A DNA stretch of 64,000 bases from Candidatus Bathyarchaeota archaeon (lineage in GTDB: Archaea > Thermoproteota > Bathyarchaeia > Bathyarchaeales > Bathycorpusculaceae), in the NCBI GenBank assembly GCA_963782525.1, contig CAWAKC010000001.1, positions 64,001 through 128,000 on the forward strand, read 5' to 3'. Positions within the stretch are counted from its first letter, which is position 1; every line of letters begins with the position of its first letter. Below, one piece after another: positions 1 to 9,403 of the stretch. The notes below the pieces were generated by a model, which worked only from the letters and a program-made list of their open reading frames with translations, was not told the origin of the DNA and ran no database searches. The position numbers and the translations under genes were made by a program.

Positions 1-2
1 GA

Positions 3-584
3 TTGTATATTCAATCACCATACGATTCAAAATATTCTGGCTCTCTAAGCAAATCTATTCCACTTTGGATTGAAGCAGGTCTTCCAGCAGGTGCGCCAGC
101 AGTTGTTTCCATTAGCTACAGTCTTGATGGACGTGCAAACGTTACCTTTCCTAAGTTGACACATGAGACGTATTATCCTACCCCTTGCAATGTTCCGATG
201 AATCCTGACATTTATTTTAATAGGGATGTAACGTTGGATAATTTAACTGATGGAACCCATACGGTAAAAGCTTATTCTCTTGATGCCAATGGTAATGAAA
301 TGTCGGCTTCAGTAGTTTTTACAGTTAGCTCATATTTTGATCCAGACATTTATACTAAGGGAATTTATCCATCACCAACCCCAATAGTTAAGGCGGAACC
401 AACTAAGATTACAGAAACCCCAACCACAAACCCATTAACTGCTTCTCCAACTCCAGATCAAGGCATAGATTCTAATTATTGGGTAAATCCAATTGCTCTT
501 ATTGCAATTGCTTCTGTGATTGTGATTATAGCTGTAACTTCAATCTCCTTGGTTTACTTTAGGAGAAGGAAGGGGAAGCCATGA
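3..584 (+). CDS. Array surface protein, Ig-like domain + P/T stalk + C-terminal TM anchor (5'-truncated by window edge)
   Basis: YSLDG and LTDGTHTVKAY framework motifs, PT-rich linker, TM + YFRRRKGKP tail. Confidence 0.85.
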   Translation: MYIQSPYDSKYSGSLSKSIPLWIEAGLPAGAPAVVSISYSLDGRANVTFPKLTHETYYPTPCNVPMNPDIYFNRDVTLDNLTDGTHTVKAYSLDANGNEMSASVVFTVSSYFDPDIYTKGIYPSPTPIVKAEPTKITETPTTNPLTASPTPDQGIDSNYWVNPIALIAIASVIVIIAVTSISLVYFRRRKGKP

Positions 585-1261
585 AGAGAAGATATGCTGC
601 ATTTGTTGCAATCTTTGTTGTCTCAATATTGACTGGGATACAAGCAGTGGAGGATGTGAATGCTAATCCAGTTCCTCCTCCTTGGATGAATGCAAAACTC
701 TCGGTTACTATTGAAAGCCCAGCAAACGGCTCAATCCAAAGTCGGTCATTTCTGGTTAGGTTTCATGCCGATGGCTCTCAATTTTCACTCACAAATAGTA
801 GCATTGGAGGTTATGGTGGAGATTTCTTCTATATTTTAGATAGTCAACAATGGAGCGATATGCGTTATTCAGGAGCAAAAATATGGGATACCAAAATTGA
901 CGATAACCATAATTTTACCGGACAAGTTTACCTGAGTAATATTGCTGCGGGAAGCCATTCCATAACCGTCTATTGGGGGGTAAAAGTCAACGTTGGAATA
1001 TTAACTGATGCAGCTTGGGCTGGAACTTCACAATTTAGTGTGGACTCAAAGTTGACACCCCAACCAACAAACAACCCAACAGCAACCCCCACACAAACAC
1101 TCTATCCATCACCATTAGAAATCTCATTGCCAACGGCAAATCCGACCGTGACTTACTTGTTGACAAATTCAACGTTTCTAACTGCAATAGTTGTTGTAAT
1201 TGCAACAGTGGCAATTGCTTCAATCTCAATAGTTTACTTTAGAAGAAGAGGGAAGCCATGA
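581..1261 (+). CDS. Array surface protein (signal peptide-ANP, Ig-like core, TM anchor)
   Basis: ATGA overlap with upstream gene; MKRRYAAF signal peptide; IESPAN and GSHSITV motifs; YFRRRGKP tail. Confidence 0.9.
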   Translation: MKRRYAAFVAIFVVSILTGIQAVEDVNANPVPPPWMNAKLSVTIESPANGSIQSRSFLVRFHADGSQFSLTNSSIGGYGGDFFYILDSQQWSDMRYSGAKIWDTKIDDNHNFTGQVYLSNIAAGSHSITVYWGVKVNVGILTDAAWAGTSQFSVDSKLTPQPTNNPTATPTQTLYPSPLEISLPTANPTVTYLLTNSTFLTAIVVVIATVAIASISIVYFRRRGKP

Positions 1262-1899
1262 AGAGAAGATATGCTGCATTTGTTGCAATCTTTGTTGTCT
1301 CATTATTGATTGGGATACAAGCAGTTGAGGTAGCAGATGCTAATCCGTATGGGTTTACTTTTCCCACCAGTACCTCTCCACCTGACGCCTTTGTTGTTTC
1401 CATCAAAGTCCTAAGCCCAAAAGAAAATGCAACCTATACAACTGATACAATCAACGTTTGCTTCACCAAAGAAGTCAATAGCCTCCCTGGAATAACCACC
1501 TATGTGCATATAATAAGCACTTATCAGGGAGATTGGATGAACAGCAGTAAATGGTGCCCCTTCCCACCTGGGGCAGATGCGGAGCATTGGAACAGTTTTC
1601 AGGTCTTACAGCACAACTTTACCCTTACCCAAGTACCCCAAGGATACCACACGCTGACCATCGACGCTGAGGGACAAGGGAATTATAATGTAAACGGAAC
1701 AGAGTATAACTTTGGCCTCCAAAAGAAGGTAGACGTGCACTTCTACATAGATTCAAAGAATAATCAAACTTCAAATCCTGCTACCATAAATCCAACTCCC
1801 TCAATCCCAGAGTTCTGCATAGCAAGCGCCATATCTGTGCTAGCTGTTGCGTCTGTTTGTTTGGTTTCCTATAAGAGGCGCAAGCCTAAAACCGCTTAG
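1258..1899 (+). CDS. Array surface protein with IPEF motif before TM
   Basis: ATGA overlap; same signal peptide family as 581; YQGDW-type core; PSIPEF + TM + KRRKPKTA. Confidence 0.9.
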   Translation: MKRRYAAFVAIFVVSLLIGIQAVEVADANPYGFTFPTSTSPPDAFVVSIKVLSPKENATYTTDTINVCFTKEVNSLPGITTYVHIISTYQGDWMNSSKWCPFPPGADAEHWNSFQVLQHNFTLTQVPQGYHTLTIDAEGQGNYNVNGTEYNFGLQKKVDVHFYIDSKNNQTSNPATINPTPSIPEFCIASAISVLAVASVCLVSYKRRKPKTA

Positions 1900-1904
1900 G
1901 CAAA

Positions 1905-2246
1905 TCACTGTGGGTTGGCTTGCTGGTTAAAAGTTGATGGGGGTCTGTCGAGTTCTACCTTAATGTATCTGTCGACTAAGATTGTGGCTAATGCTATAGT
2001 AACTATCGAAATAAGGATAAGTGAGCCAAGATATAGTGGATTTTTTGTGAATAGCCAAGAAGTAAGTAACAGCGCTATGATCCCTCCTGTTAACCCGCCA
2101 CCGGCTGCGCCAATTGCGCTGTTGGTGCCCTTGTTCTTTACGCTCACCCTTGCTTTGCAAACTTGGCAGGTTATGGAGTTAAGGTTTGTTAGGAAGAAGA
2201 TTTTACGGTACTGAAGTTTGCTACCACAATTAGGGCAAATTACCAA
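1905..2246 (-). CDS. Small zinc-ribbon membrane protein, inverted within the array
   Basis: CPNC...CQVC motif followed by two hydrophobic helices. Confidence 0.75.
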   Translation of the reverse strand: MVICPNCGSKLQYRKIFFLTNLNSITCQVCKARVSVKNKGTNSAIGAAGGGLTGGIIALLLTSWLFTKNPLYLGSLILISIVTIALATILVDRYIKVELDRPPSTFNQQANPQ

Positions 2247-2310
2247 GATATCCCCGCTTTAGTTTAATCGTACTCTGCTTATAGTTTTTTCAGTCAAAGG
2301 GTCCAAAATG

Positions 2311-2365
2311 AAGGAAATGTAAAACTTCATAAGGCAACAGTAACCAATAGCGATTGTTGGATATG
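2311..2365 (+). repeat. Intergenic repeat A copy 1 (probable promoter + RBS)
   Basis: AATGTAAAACTTCATAAGGCAACAG-AACCAATAGCGATTG; recurs near 6209, 7526, 14022, 15548. Confidence 0.9.
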
Positions 2366-3001
2366 AGTAGAATAGCTGTTTTAGCTGTACTTCTTACAGT
2401 CTTTATATTGGTTGGCATAGGAGTAGTTGGTATAGCAGATGCTAACCCCTTTGCTTTCTATTCACCTATCGAACCAATCCAAGGAACAATTCCGCCAGTC
2501 ATCACCATTTATAGTCCAAAAAACGACTCAATCTATCCAGGCTCAATTGACGTTGGCTTTAACGTTAGCAAACCAGAATTAGAAGACGCATACTTGACAA
2601 ACGTTGTTAGCGTTACCTACTCTTTAGATCAAAATGAAAGCATTGAAGTCTACTCCAACTACATCCAAGGACATGGGACAGAAGGAATACCAGCGTTTAA
2701 CACGACTTTTACGTTACCTCCGTTGCAAGCTGGAAATCATAAGTTAACAGTGACAGCAACTGGAGTAGTGCTAAAAGCACTAGTACCGAAACCTCAAGGA
2801 TTTGGAGACATAGGCGTTTTTTACGTAAAAAGCAACTCAACAATCCTTTTCATGGTAGGCACTCCAACGATACCGCCACAAGCTTCAGCTAACACACTTG
2901 AGCCAATATTGCTTATTGCAATACTTGGGATAGTGACGATAGTAATTGTTGCGGCAGTCTTATTGGTTTTCTTTAAGAGGCGTAAGTCTAAAACTGCTTA
3001 G
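2363..3001 (+). CDS. Array surface protein
   Basis: ATG at end of repeat A; ADANP; IYSPKN, YSLD, AGNHKLTV; TM + KRRKSKTA. Confidence 0.9.
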   Translation: MSRIAVLAVLLTVFILVGIGVVGIADANPFAFYSPIEPIQGTIPPVITIYSPKNDSIYPGSIDVGFNVSKPELEDAYLTNVVSVTYSLDQNESIEVYSNYIQGHGTEGIPAFNTTFTLPPLQAGNHKLTVTATGVVLKALVPKPQGFGDIGVFYVKSNSTILFMVGTPTIPPQASANTLEPILLIAILGIVTIVIVAAVLLVFFKRRKSKTA

Positions 3002-3110
3002 CCAAAACCTTGACTAACCCCAGACAAGAAAGTTTGACAATAAACCACTTAAGCAAACTCTATCTCTTAATAGCAATAGGAAGGTATATGCCAAAGAAAC
3101 TGTTGGCAAC
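3001..3110 (+). repeat. Intergenic repeat B copy 1 (probable promoter + RBS + MPKKLLA start)
   Basis: AAACCTTGAC...CAAGAAAGTTTGACAATAAACCACTTAAGCAAACTCT...GGAAGGTATATGCCAAAGAAACT; recurs near 8472, 11375, 18638. Confidence 0.9.
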
Positions 3111-4059
3111 AACAATCATCATTGCAACAGTCATAGCGTCAGTCGTTAGCACACTTGGTATTGAGACAGTGAATGCCAATCCCTTCCCCATGTCTACTAT
3201 GGGAATTGGTTCCCCACAAAGTTATACCACGTTCATCTATCAAAATACAACTATTCCTCTCACAAATGCATTAAATCTTTGGAAGGATGATACTTCAGGG
3301 GCTTATCCTCAAATAACTCGCGTTACGTACAGTTTGGATAATCACGAGAACATAACAATATCAGAAATTCCCAAGTCAGGAACAGAAACCCCTCAAAGAA
3401 ACATTTTTGGGACAATTAAAGGATATATTCTTACTATATTAGTTAAAGCAACACTAACCAATCTCTTAGAGGGCAAACACACACTCAATGTATATTCATT
3501 TGATACTACAGGTGCAGCATTGTCAGATTCTGTTACCTTTGCTGTTTTAACCTCCTATAGTATACCTGAAGTGACAATTATTTCGCCTCAAGACCAAGTC
3601 TACAGAACCAGCGAAATCCCATTAACTTGCGCTGTAAAAGGAGATTATGAGCAGCTACGTTATACAATAGATTACCAGTATAACGTGACATTTTCGAGAA
3701 ATACAACCATAAACATATCGGGCTTACAAAATGGATGCCACACGATAACCGTTCATGCCACCACTCCTGGACGCTATGGCGGTTCAAGTTGGACCTACTT
3801 TATTGTTGGCACGATAAATTATTCCCTGCCAAATCCCACGGCTTACCCAACCAACCCTGCCCCTTCACCAACAGAAACAATCAATTCTACACCAAGCCCA
3901 ACCTCAAGCCAGAGTATGCCTACAATTAACACAGGTGCTACATTGCCTGTTGAGTTGAATCTCCCCATAGTCTATATCGTACTAGCTATCGTAATTGTAA
4001 TAGTGGCTGTTGCTTCAATCTCACTGGTTTATTTTAGGAGAAGAAAGGGGAAGTCATGA
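3088..4059 (+). CDS. Array surface protein, two Ig-like domains (MPKKLLA type)
   Basis: Start reassigned to ATG 3088 by homology with 8558 and 11450; two SP..Y / GxHTL units; PTINTG..LPVELN linker; TM. Confidence 0.9.
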   Translation: MPKKLLATTIIIATVIASVVSTLGIETVNANPFPMSTMGIGSPQSYTTFIYQNTTIPLTNALNLWKDDTSGAYPQITRVTYSLDNHENITISEIPKSGTETPQRNIFGTIKGYILTILVKATLTNLLEGKHTLNVYSFDTTGAALSDSVTFAVLTSYSIPEVTIISPQDQVYRTSEIPLTCAVKGDYEQLRYTIDYQYNVTFSRNTTINISGLQNGCHTITVHATTPGRYGGSSWTYFIVGTINYSLPNPTAYPTNPAPSPTETINSTPSPTSSQSMPTINTGATLPVELNLPIVYIVLAIVIVIVAVASISLVYFRRRKGKS

Positions 4060-4817
4060 AGAAAAAATATCCTTTATTTGCAGTAATCTTTGCAGTTTCA
4101 ATGTTGATTGGGATACAAGCAGTTGAGGTAGTGGATGCTAATCCGGTTCCTTGGCAGTTCACACCTAATCTAGAAAAGCCATTTTTAACAGTGATGGGTC
4201 CTCAAAACCTAACGGCCTATCCTACTTACAATATTCCAATTACTTATTCAGTGGTCAAACCTAGCTCATGGGATGCAACCTATTGGTATTGGCAATATAT
4301 TGGAGAGATAGATTCAGTTGATGTTAGGATGGATGGAGAACCTGTTGCTTACTATACAAAGTCCCAAGATGTTACTTATCAAGGTGGAATCAATAAAACG
4401 GTGTACCATTCAGAATCAGAAAAAAACCTATTAAACAATACAATAACACTCAATCAAACAACTATTGGTTTCCATACACTAAGCATTACCATTCTTTCCT
4501 ACACCTATTACAAGGGTCCTCTCTACTCAAATACTGACACTAAAACTTCTACAACCTCAAATGGGCAACCAATCTATCAACACCCAGTAATTGTATCTTC
4601 AACCATGTCCTTCACTATGAATTCAAATGGTTTGATTATTATTGCTCCAACTTCAACTCCTACTCTTAGTCCTACTGTAGAACCCCCAACCTCAGCTAGC
4701 GAAAATCCATCTATGGCTTTTTCTTCAAGCAATTTAGTAATAATAAGTTTGGTTGTAATAGTGGCAGTTGCTTCTGTCTCATTGGTTTACTTTAGGAGAA
4801 GAAAGGGAAAGACATGA
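4056..4817 (+). CDS. Array surface protein (ANPVPW subfamily)
   Basis: ATGA overlap; GIQAVEVVDANPVPW; TM + YFRRRKGKT. Confidence 0.9.
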   Translation: MKKKYPLFAVIFAVSMLIGIQAVEVVDANPVPWQFTPNLEKPFLTVMGPQNLTAYPTYNIPITYSVVKPSSWDATYWYWQYIGEIDSVDVRMDGEPVAYYTKSQDVTYQGGINKTVYHSESEKNLLNNTITLNQTTIGFHTLSITILSYTYYKGPLYSNTDTKTSTTSNGQPIYQHPVIVSSTMSFTMNSNGLIIIAPTSTPTLSPTVEPPTSASENPSMAFSSSNLVIISLVVIVAVASVSLVYFRRRKGKT

Positions 4818-5395
4818 AGAGACTTAGGTTAATGCTGACAGCATTATCTCTTTGCTTGTTGGTTGGTTGTTTGATGAGTATTGAAGTGGGAGAGGCTAAC
4901 CCTTTCATTTTCAATAAAATAATGGACCCAGTTGAAGGCACCATTCCCCCTGATATCTCTATTCTAAATCTAAGAAATCAATCAACTTACTCAGATGTAA
5001 TTAACGTGAATCTTCATGTAGATAAGCCTAGGTTGAATTCATCTTGGGCTTCTATAACATCCGTATATTACACGTTAGACTCAAATAAAAAAGTAGAAGT
5101 CTATTACTGTCTTGCCAATGGAGCGAAAACCAAAGGAGTTCAAGAGTATGATAATGCCTTTAACTTATACTTCTTGAGTGCAGGAAATCATAGCTTAACC
5201 ATAGAAGCAAATGGAGTAGTGATGCCCAATGGTGAGGGCTTGAGTTCAGACTTGTTCTGGATTAGCAGCAGCTCAACAATCAACTTTAATGTTGGAAACC
5301 AAGCCTTTCTCATAACAACAATTGTTTTAATTATTTTAGTACTGACTGCTTCCTTTCTGTTAGTTTACTTTAAAAGAAGGAAGAAGAAGCTATGA
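4814..5395 (+). CDS. Array surface protein (RLRLMLTALSLC signal type)
   Basis: ATGA overlap; core similar to the 2363 gene; TM + basic tail. Confidence 0.9.
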   Translation: MKRLRLMLTALSLCLLVGCLMSIEVGEANPFIFNKIMDPVEGTIPPDISILNLRNQSTYSDVINVNLHVDKPRLNSSWASITSVYYTLDSNKKVEVYYCLANGAKTKGVQEYDNAFNLYFLSAGNHSLTIEANGVVMPNGEGLSSDLFWISSSSTINFNVGNQAFLITTIVLIILVLTASFLLVYFKRRKKKL

Positions 5396-6159
5396 TAAGA
5401 AGAACTGCTCCGTTTGCTGCAATACTTGCAATCTCAATATTGATTGGGATACAAGTTGTTGAGGTAGTAGATGCTAATCCTGTTCCTTGGCTGTCTACGC
5501 CTAACCGAGAAAAACCTACTCTTACCCTTCAATTTCCAACAAATCAAACAACGTATAAAACCGAAGTTCCTGTCGACTTTAATGTGACTGCGCCTGAATC
5601 GTGGGCTACATACGCTACGCGATTGGTTGGAACCAATCACTATGTTGGAGAAGTGAAGTACATCGCGGTTTACTTGGATTCCAAACCTCTCATCAATTAT
5701 ACTACGGGCAGAATCGTGTCATATTTTTACGGAAACAAGACAAACTATTATATTAGTGGATTTGACGGTAAAAGTGCTCATTATTCGTTTAACTTGAATC
5801 AGACTACCTCTGGAAACCATGCGCTTAATGTTACTGTTTTCTCCTATACATATGCGGATGGAGACCCCACCGATGACACTGCCATTGCTTTCGAAACTGG
5901 TTTAATCAACGGCGAACCCATCTACGCGTACAAGTACCCTAATGTCGTTTCTGAAGTAGTTCACTTTACGGTAGAGCAACCAACCCCAACCCAAAATCCA
6001 AATGCTAACGGCTCTGCTTATTTGCTAAATCAAACAAATCTTATTTTGATAGCTATTGTGATTGTAATATTGGCTGTTGCTTCAATCTCGTTGGTTTACT
6101 TTAAGAGAAGAAAGGGCAAGCTGACAAGTAAGCCAGCCATAGTAAGAGAACCCAAGTAA
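5392..6159 (+). CDS. Array surface protein (ANPVPW subfamily)
   Basis: ATGA overlap; ANPVPW; tail identical to the 13220 gene. Confidence 0.9.
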   Translation: MIRRTAPFAAILAISILIGIQVVEVVDANPVPWLSTPNREKPTLTLQFPTNQTTYKTEVPVDFNVTAPESWATYATRLVGTNHYVGEVKYIAVYLDSKPLINYTTGRIVSYFYGNKTNYYISGFDGKSAHYSFNLNQTTSGNHALNVTVFSYTYADGDPTDDTAIAFETGLINGEPIYAYKYPNVVSEVVHFTVEQPTPTQNPNANGSAYLLNQTNLILIAIVIVILAVASISLVYFKRRKGKLTSKPAIVREPK

Positions 6160-6241
6160 GCAAACCCTACTTCTATTAGCCCATAACACTAACGGCTCCG
6201 CTTAACGTAAGGAATGTAAAACTTCATAAGGCAACAGCAAC
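6028..6241 (+). repeat. 214-bp direct repeat copy 1 (includes repeat A copy 2)
   Basis: Reads identical by eye to 13841-14054. Confidence 0.92.
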
Positions 6242-6260
6242 CTAACGCTAATTGGTGGAT

Positions 6261-7418
6261 ATGAGAAAGCTATTGTTGGTTTGCATAGTGATTGCGGCTA
6301 TTGCGATTTTGAGCATAGCAATGGCTGAGACCGAAAATTTTCCAGCACTCACACCTGCAGCTACAGCTTCGCCTTCACCTACAGCAACACCAACACCTAC
6401 GCCAACAATAGAACCAGGAAGCAATCTCACGTCTATCCCGATTAGTGTTCCATATGATTTCAAAATATCCGCTATTTCCAGCTTTAACATAACTCAGGGC
6501 AATTCCATGACTACCCAAATAGGACTATCAACAATTAGCGGAAATGCTTCAAGTGTAGATCCGCAGGATATCCTATGGAGAGCAGATAGCGGTTCAAGCG
6601 ATATGCACTTCGATTTCAAGACGTCATATAGTTACGAAAACGAATATTGGGCAATTTATTTTCCTGATAGATTCACCCCTAATGGTTTTAGTTGTATGCT
6701 CACGATTACTGTTCCAATTTCAACACCTACTGACAGCTATGGCATAAATATAACAGCTAAAATAGGCTCAAATAGTCACAGCATTTCTATGCTGGTTTCA
6801 GTTCCAAGTGCTACAGTTAGCGTTTCGGGAACAGTCGATACAAGCATCTTAGGCATAACCCCCTCCCAAATTGCATTTCGAGACCAAGCATACCCAAACA
6901 CTTACATCTACAAGGGAACACTAACAGGAAACACTTATTCAATTTCTGTTCCCAACAACCGAGAGTATCTTGTTATGATTAGTGACAGTACTGGATCTGT
7001 AAGCGGCTTAGGATGGTCCAACTGGATTAGTGATTCGTGCAGTGTAAAAGTACCTGTTGGAAGTACAGCGATGACCAAAGACTTCACGGTTCCCCCAAAA
7101 TCGGTCAATCCAATCGTTACAGTTTCGGGATCAATCATCGATGGCATCTCAGGCATAAAGTGGTCTCACTTGCAATTTCAAAACAGAGCAGCGCCTGCTA
7201 AAGTCTACTATGGGTCAATAACTGAAAGCGGAACATATTCGATCGACCTTCCAAATTATAGCGACTATCAGGTATGTATTGATAACGGCACAGCACCTTG
7301 GCATCTTGTTGAAATCGATTTCTCGGTGAAAGTCCCTGCTGAAAGAGTGACGCTGACCAAAGATTTCACGGTACTCCAACCTGTCACTTTCCCTGACCCT
7401 GACAAAATAAACCGTTGA
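6261..7418 (+). CDS. Secreted or N-anchored protein with PT linker and tandem beta-rich repeats
   Basis: ATG after repeat A with GGTGG RBS; N-terminal hydrophobic helix; duplicated VSG...TYSI..PN...VKVP...TKDFTV unit; no C-terminal TM. Confidence 0.85.
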   Translation: MRKLLLVCIVIAAIAILSIAMAETENFPALTPAATASPSPTATPTPTPTIEPGSNLTSIPISVPYDFKISAISSFNITQGNSMTTQIGLSTISGNASSVDPQDILWRADSGSSDMHFDFKTSYSYENEYWAIYFPDRFTPNGFSCMLTITVPISTPTDSYGINITAKIGSNSHSISMLVSVPSATVSVSGTVDTSILGITPSQIAFRDQAYPNTYIYKGTLTGNTYSISVPNNREYLVMISDSTGSVSGLGWSNWISDSCSVKVPVGSTAMTKDFTVPPKSVNPIVTVSGSIIDGISGIKWSHLQFQNRAAPAKVYYGSITESGTYSIDLPNYSDYQVCIDNGTAPWHLVEIDFSVKVPAERVTLTKDFTVLQPVTFPDPDKINR

Positions 7419-7525
7419 GCCCAGAAATACAGATAAATTGCCGGCCGACTGATTAAGCAGTTCTGTTAACTATTTTTACTGTCTCTTTGCTTATCTTGAG
7501 AGACAGAGTCTAAACTTGCCTATGC

Positions 7526-7578
7526 AGGAATGTAAAACTTCATATGGCAACAGCAACCAATAGCGATTGGTGACTATG
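7526..7578 (+). repeat. Intergenic repeat A copy 3
   Basis: AGGAATGTAAAACTTCATATGGCAACAGCAACCAATAGCGATTGGTGACTATG. Confidence 0.9.
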
Positions 7579-8472
7579 AGAAGACCGCTTCTTTGCGCTT
7601 CAATCCTTGTTTTTTCACTGTTCGCAGTCCTTTGTATATCGTTAAGCACCGTTGTTTTAGCCAATCCCGTCGGTATGGTCTTTCAGGAAAAAGAGATTTC
7701 TCCGACAGCAGTAAATGCACAACCGCCACAAATTATGTTTCAATCCCCAAAAGTCAATGCAACCTGTGGCGCTACCGTCTTACTGCGATGCAACATTACT
7801 GGCGGGGTATTCCAATCCAACAAGACGGCATTCATAAGCTACCTTAGCTATAAAGGAGATTGGGAGCAAGCTGGCACCGCAGTCCAGTTTAAGGGCGCTT
7901 GGGGAATAGATAAGCTGTATGTTAAAGGAGACTTAACTTATTTTTCTACGAACTTAACGGTGCCAGAAGGAAAGCATAGCATCACAGTTTGGGCAACCGA
8001 AGGAGGCAGCTATGAGCAGGATGCAGGTCAGAAATTTCAAGGCTCAGAACTTATAACAATATACACATTCCATTTAAGCGCCAGCCAGACAGTCGATTTC
8101 ACGGTTGACAGCACCTCTCCGACAATTTCGACCATAGCAAAAGAAAACACTACCTATACTACAAGTGATGTGCCTCTTGTCTTCAATGTCAATGAACCCG
8201 AAGCTACTTTTGCCTACTGCTTAGATGGACAGCCAGCAATGTCGATCGTGGGAAATAGTACCCTTAACAATCTGCCTAATGGATGTCATAGCATCGTAGT
8301 CTACGCTACTGACAAAGCCGGGAACGTTGGCGTTTCAGAGCCAGTGGTTTTCACGGTGGATGCGCAGCTTTTCCAATCTCTACAAGCTGTTGAAGCTGCT
8401 GCAATAGCAATGGTCGTCGCTGCGACCCTGATAATTCTTTTTTTCAAGAGGCGTCGGTCTAAAACTGTTTAA
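7576..8472 (+). CDS. Array surface protein, two Ig-like domains
   Basis: VLANP; YKGDW core; second domain YCLDG...NGCHSIVVYATDKAGNVG; TM + KRRRSKTV. Confidence 0.9.
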   Translation: MRRPLLCASILVFSLFAVLCISLSTVVLANPVGMVFQEKEISPTAVNAQPPQIMFQSPKVNATCGATVLLRCNITGGVFQSNKTAFISYLSYKGDWEQAGTAVQFKGAWGIDKLYVKGDLTYFSTNLTVPEGKHSITVWATEGGSYEQDAGQKFQGSELITIYTFHLSASQTVDFTVDSTSPTISTIAKENTTYTTSDVPLVFNVNEPEATFAYCLDGQPAMSIVGNSTLNNLPNGCHSIVVYATDKAGNVGVSEPVVFTVDAQLFQSLQAVEAAAIAMVVAATLIILFFKRRRSKTV

Positions 8473-8580
8473 CCGAAACCTTGACAAACCCTATCCAAGA
8501 AAGTTTGACAATAAACCACTTAAGCAAACTCTGTCTCATAATAGCACAGGAAGGTATATGCCAAAGAAACTCTTGGCAAT
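8472..8580 (+). repeat. Intergenic repeat B copy 2
   Basis: Near-identical to 3001-3110. Confidence 0.9.
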
Positions 8581-9403
8581 AATAGCTATAGTTTTTTTAG
8601 GGATTACAAGTCTATCCACTGAGTCTTTTGTTACTGCCAATTTTATTCCAACTCAACCAGAAATTAAAATAAACACGCCTATGCAGACAGAACTGAAAAT
8701 CTACCAGAACATTTCAGTGCCTCTACTTGTTGATATCAAAGAAACAGTAACTTCCTACATGCCCCGTCACTTTCCAGAAATAAGTCACATATACTACAAA
8801 TTAGATGGGCAAGAAGCTAAAGAATTTACCAACATAACAAAGTCTGAGGAAGATTGGTTTAGCGGCAGATGCATGCAGTATTTTGCATATACAACTTTAG
8901 ATAACTTAGACGATGGGAATCATACCTTAACTGCTTTCTGCCAAGATGATACTGGAAGACAACTAAGGTGCTCAAGAATTTTTGAGTACAGTACTCAATT
9001 CACAGCTCCAGAGGTTGGCCTGCTATCACCTATAAACAAAACATATCCTATAACAGACAAATTGCCATTAACTATTGTTGCTGATGACTTTATCACCTTG
9101 AGATATTCATTGGATGACAACACACTTTTAAATCACTGGTTTTCTCAAGATAACACAACCCTGACAGGACTAACAGAGGGCAAGCACACGTTATATATCA
9201 ATGTGCATACCAGAAGAGGGTTTGTTTCCCAAACAGCTAACTTTATTCTAAGTAACAATACTGATGATTCCCAGAACTTACAACCTTCTATGACGACAGA
9301 AGAAGCTGCATTAATTATTCTAAGTACTATAGTGGTTGCAGTGGTCTTAGCTGTTGCTTCCTTGTTATTGGTTTACTTTAAGAGAAGAAGGGGGAAACCA
9401 TGA
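8558..9403 (+). CDS. Array surface protein, two Ig-like domains (MPKKLLA type)
   Basis: ANFIP; YKLDG, DGNHTL, YSLDD, EGKHTL; TM + YFKRRRGKP. Confidence 0.9.
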   Translation: MPKKLLAIIAIVFLGITSLSTESFVTANFIPTQPEIKINTPMQTELKIYQNISVPLLVDIKETVTSYMPRHFPEISHIYYKLDGQEAKEFTNITKSEEDWFSGRCMQYFAYTTLDNLDDGNHTLTAFCQDDTGRQLRCSRIFEYSTQFTAPEVGLLSPINKTYPITDKLPLTIVADDFITLRYSLDDNTLLNHWFSQDNTTLTGLTEGKHTLYINVHTRRGFVSQTANFILSNNTDDSQNLQPSMTTEEAALIILSTIVVAVVLAVASLLLVYFKRRRGKP

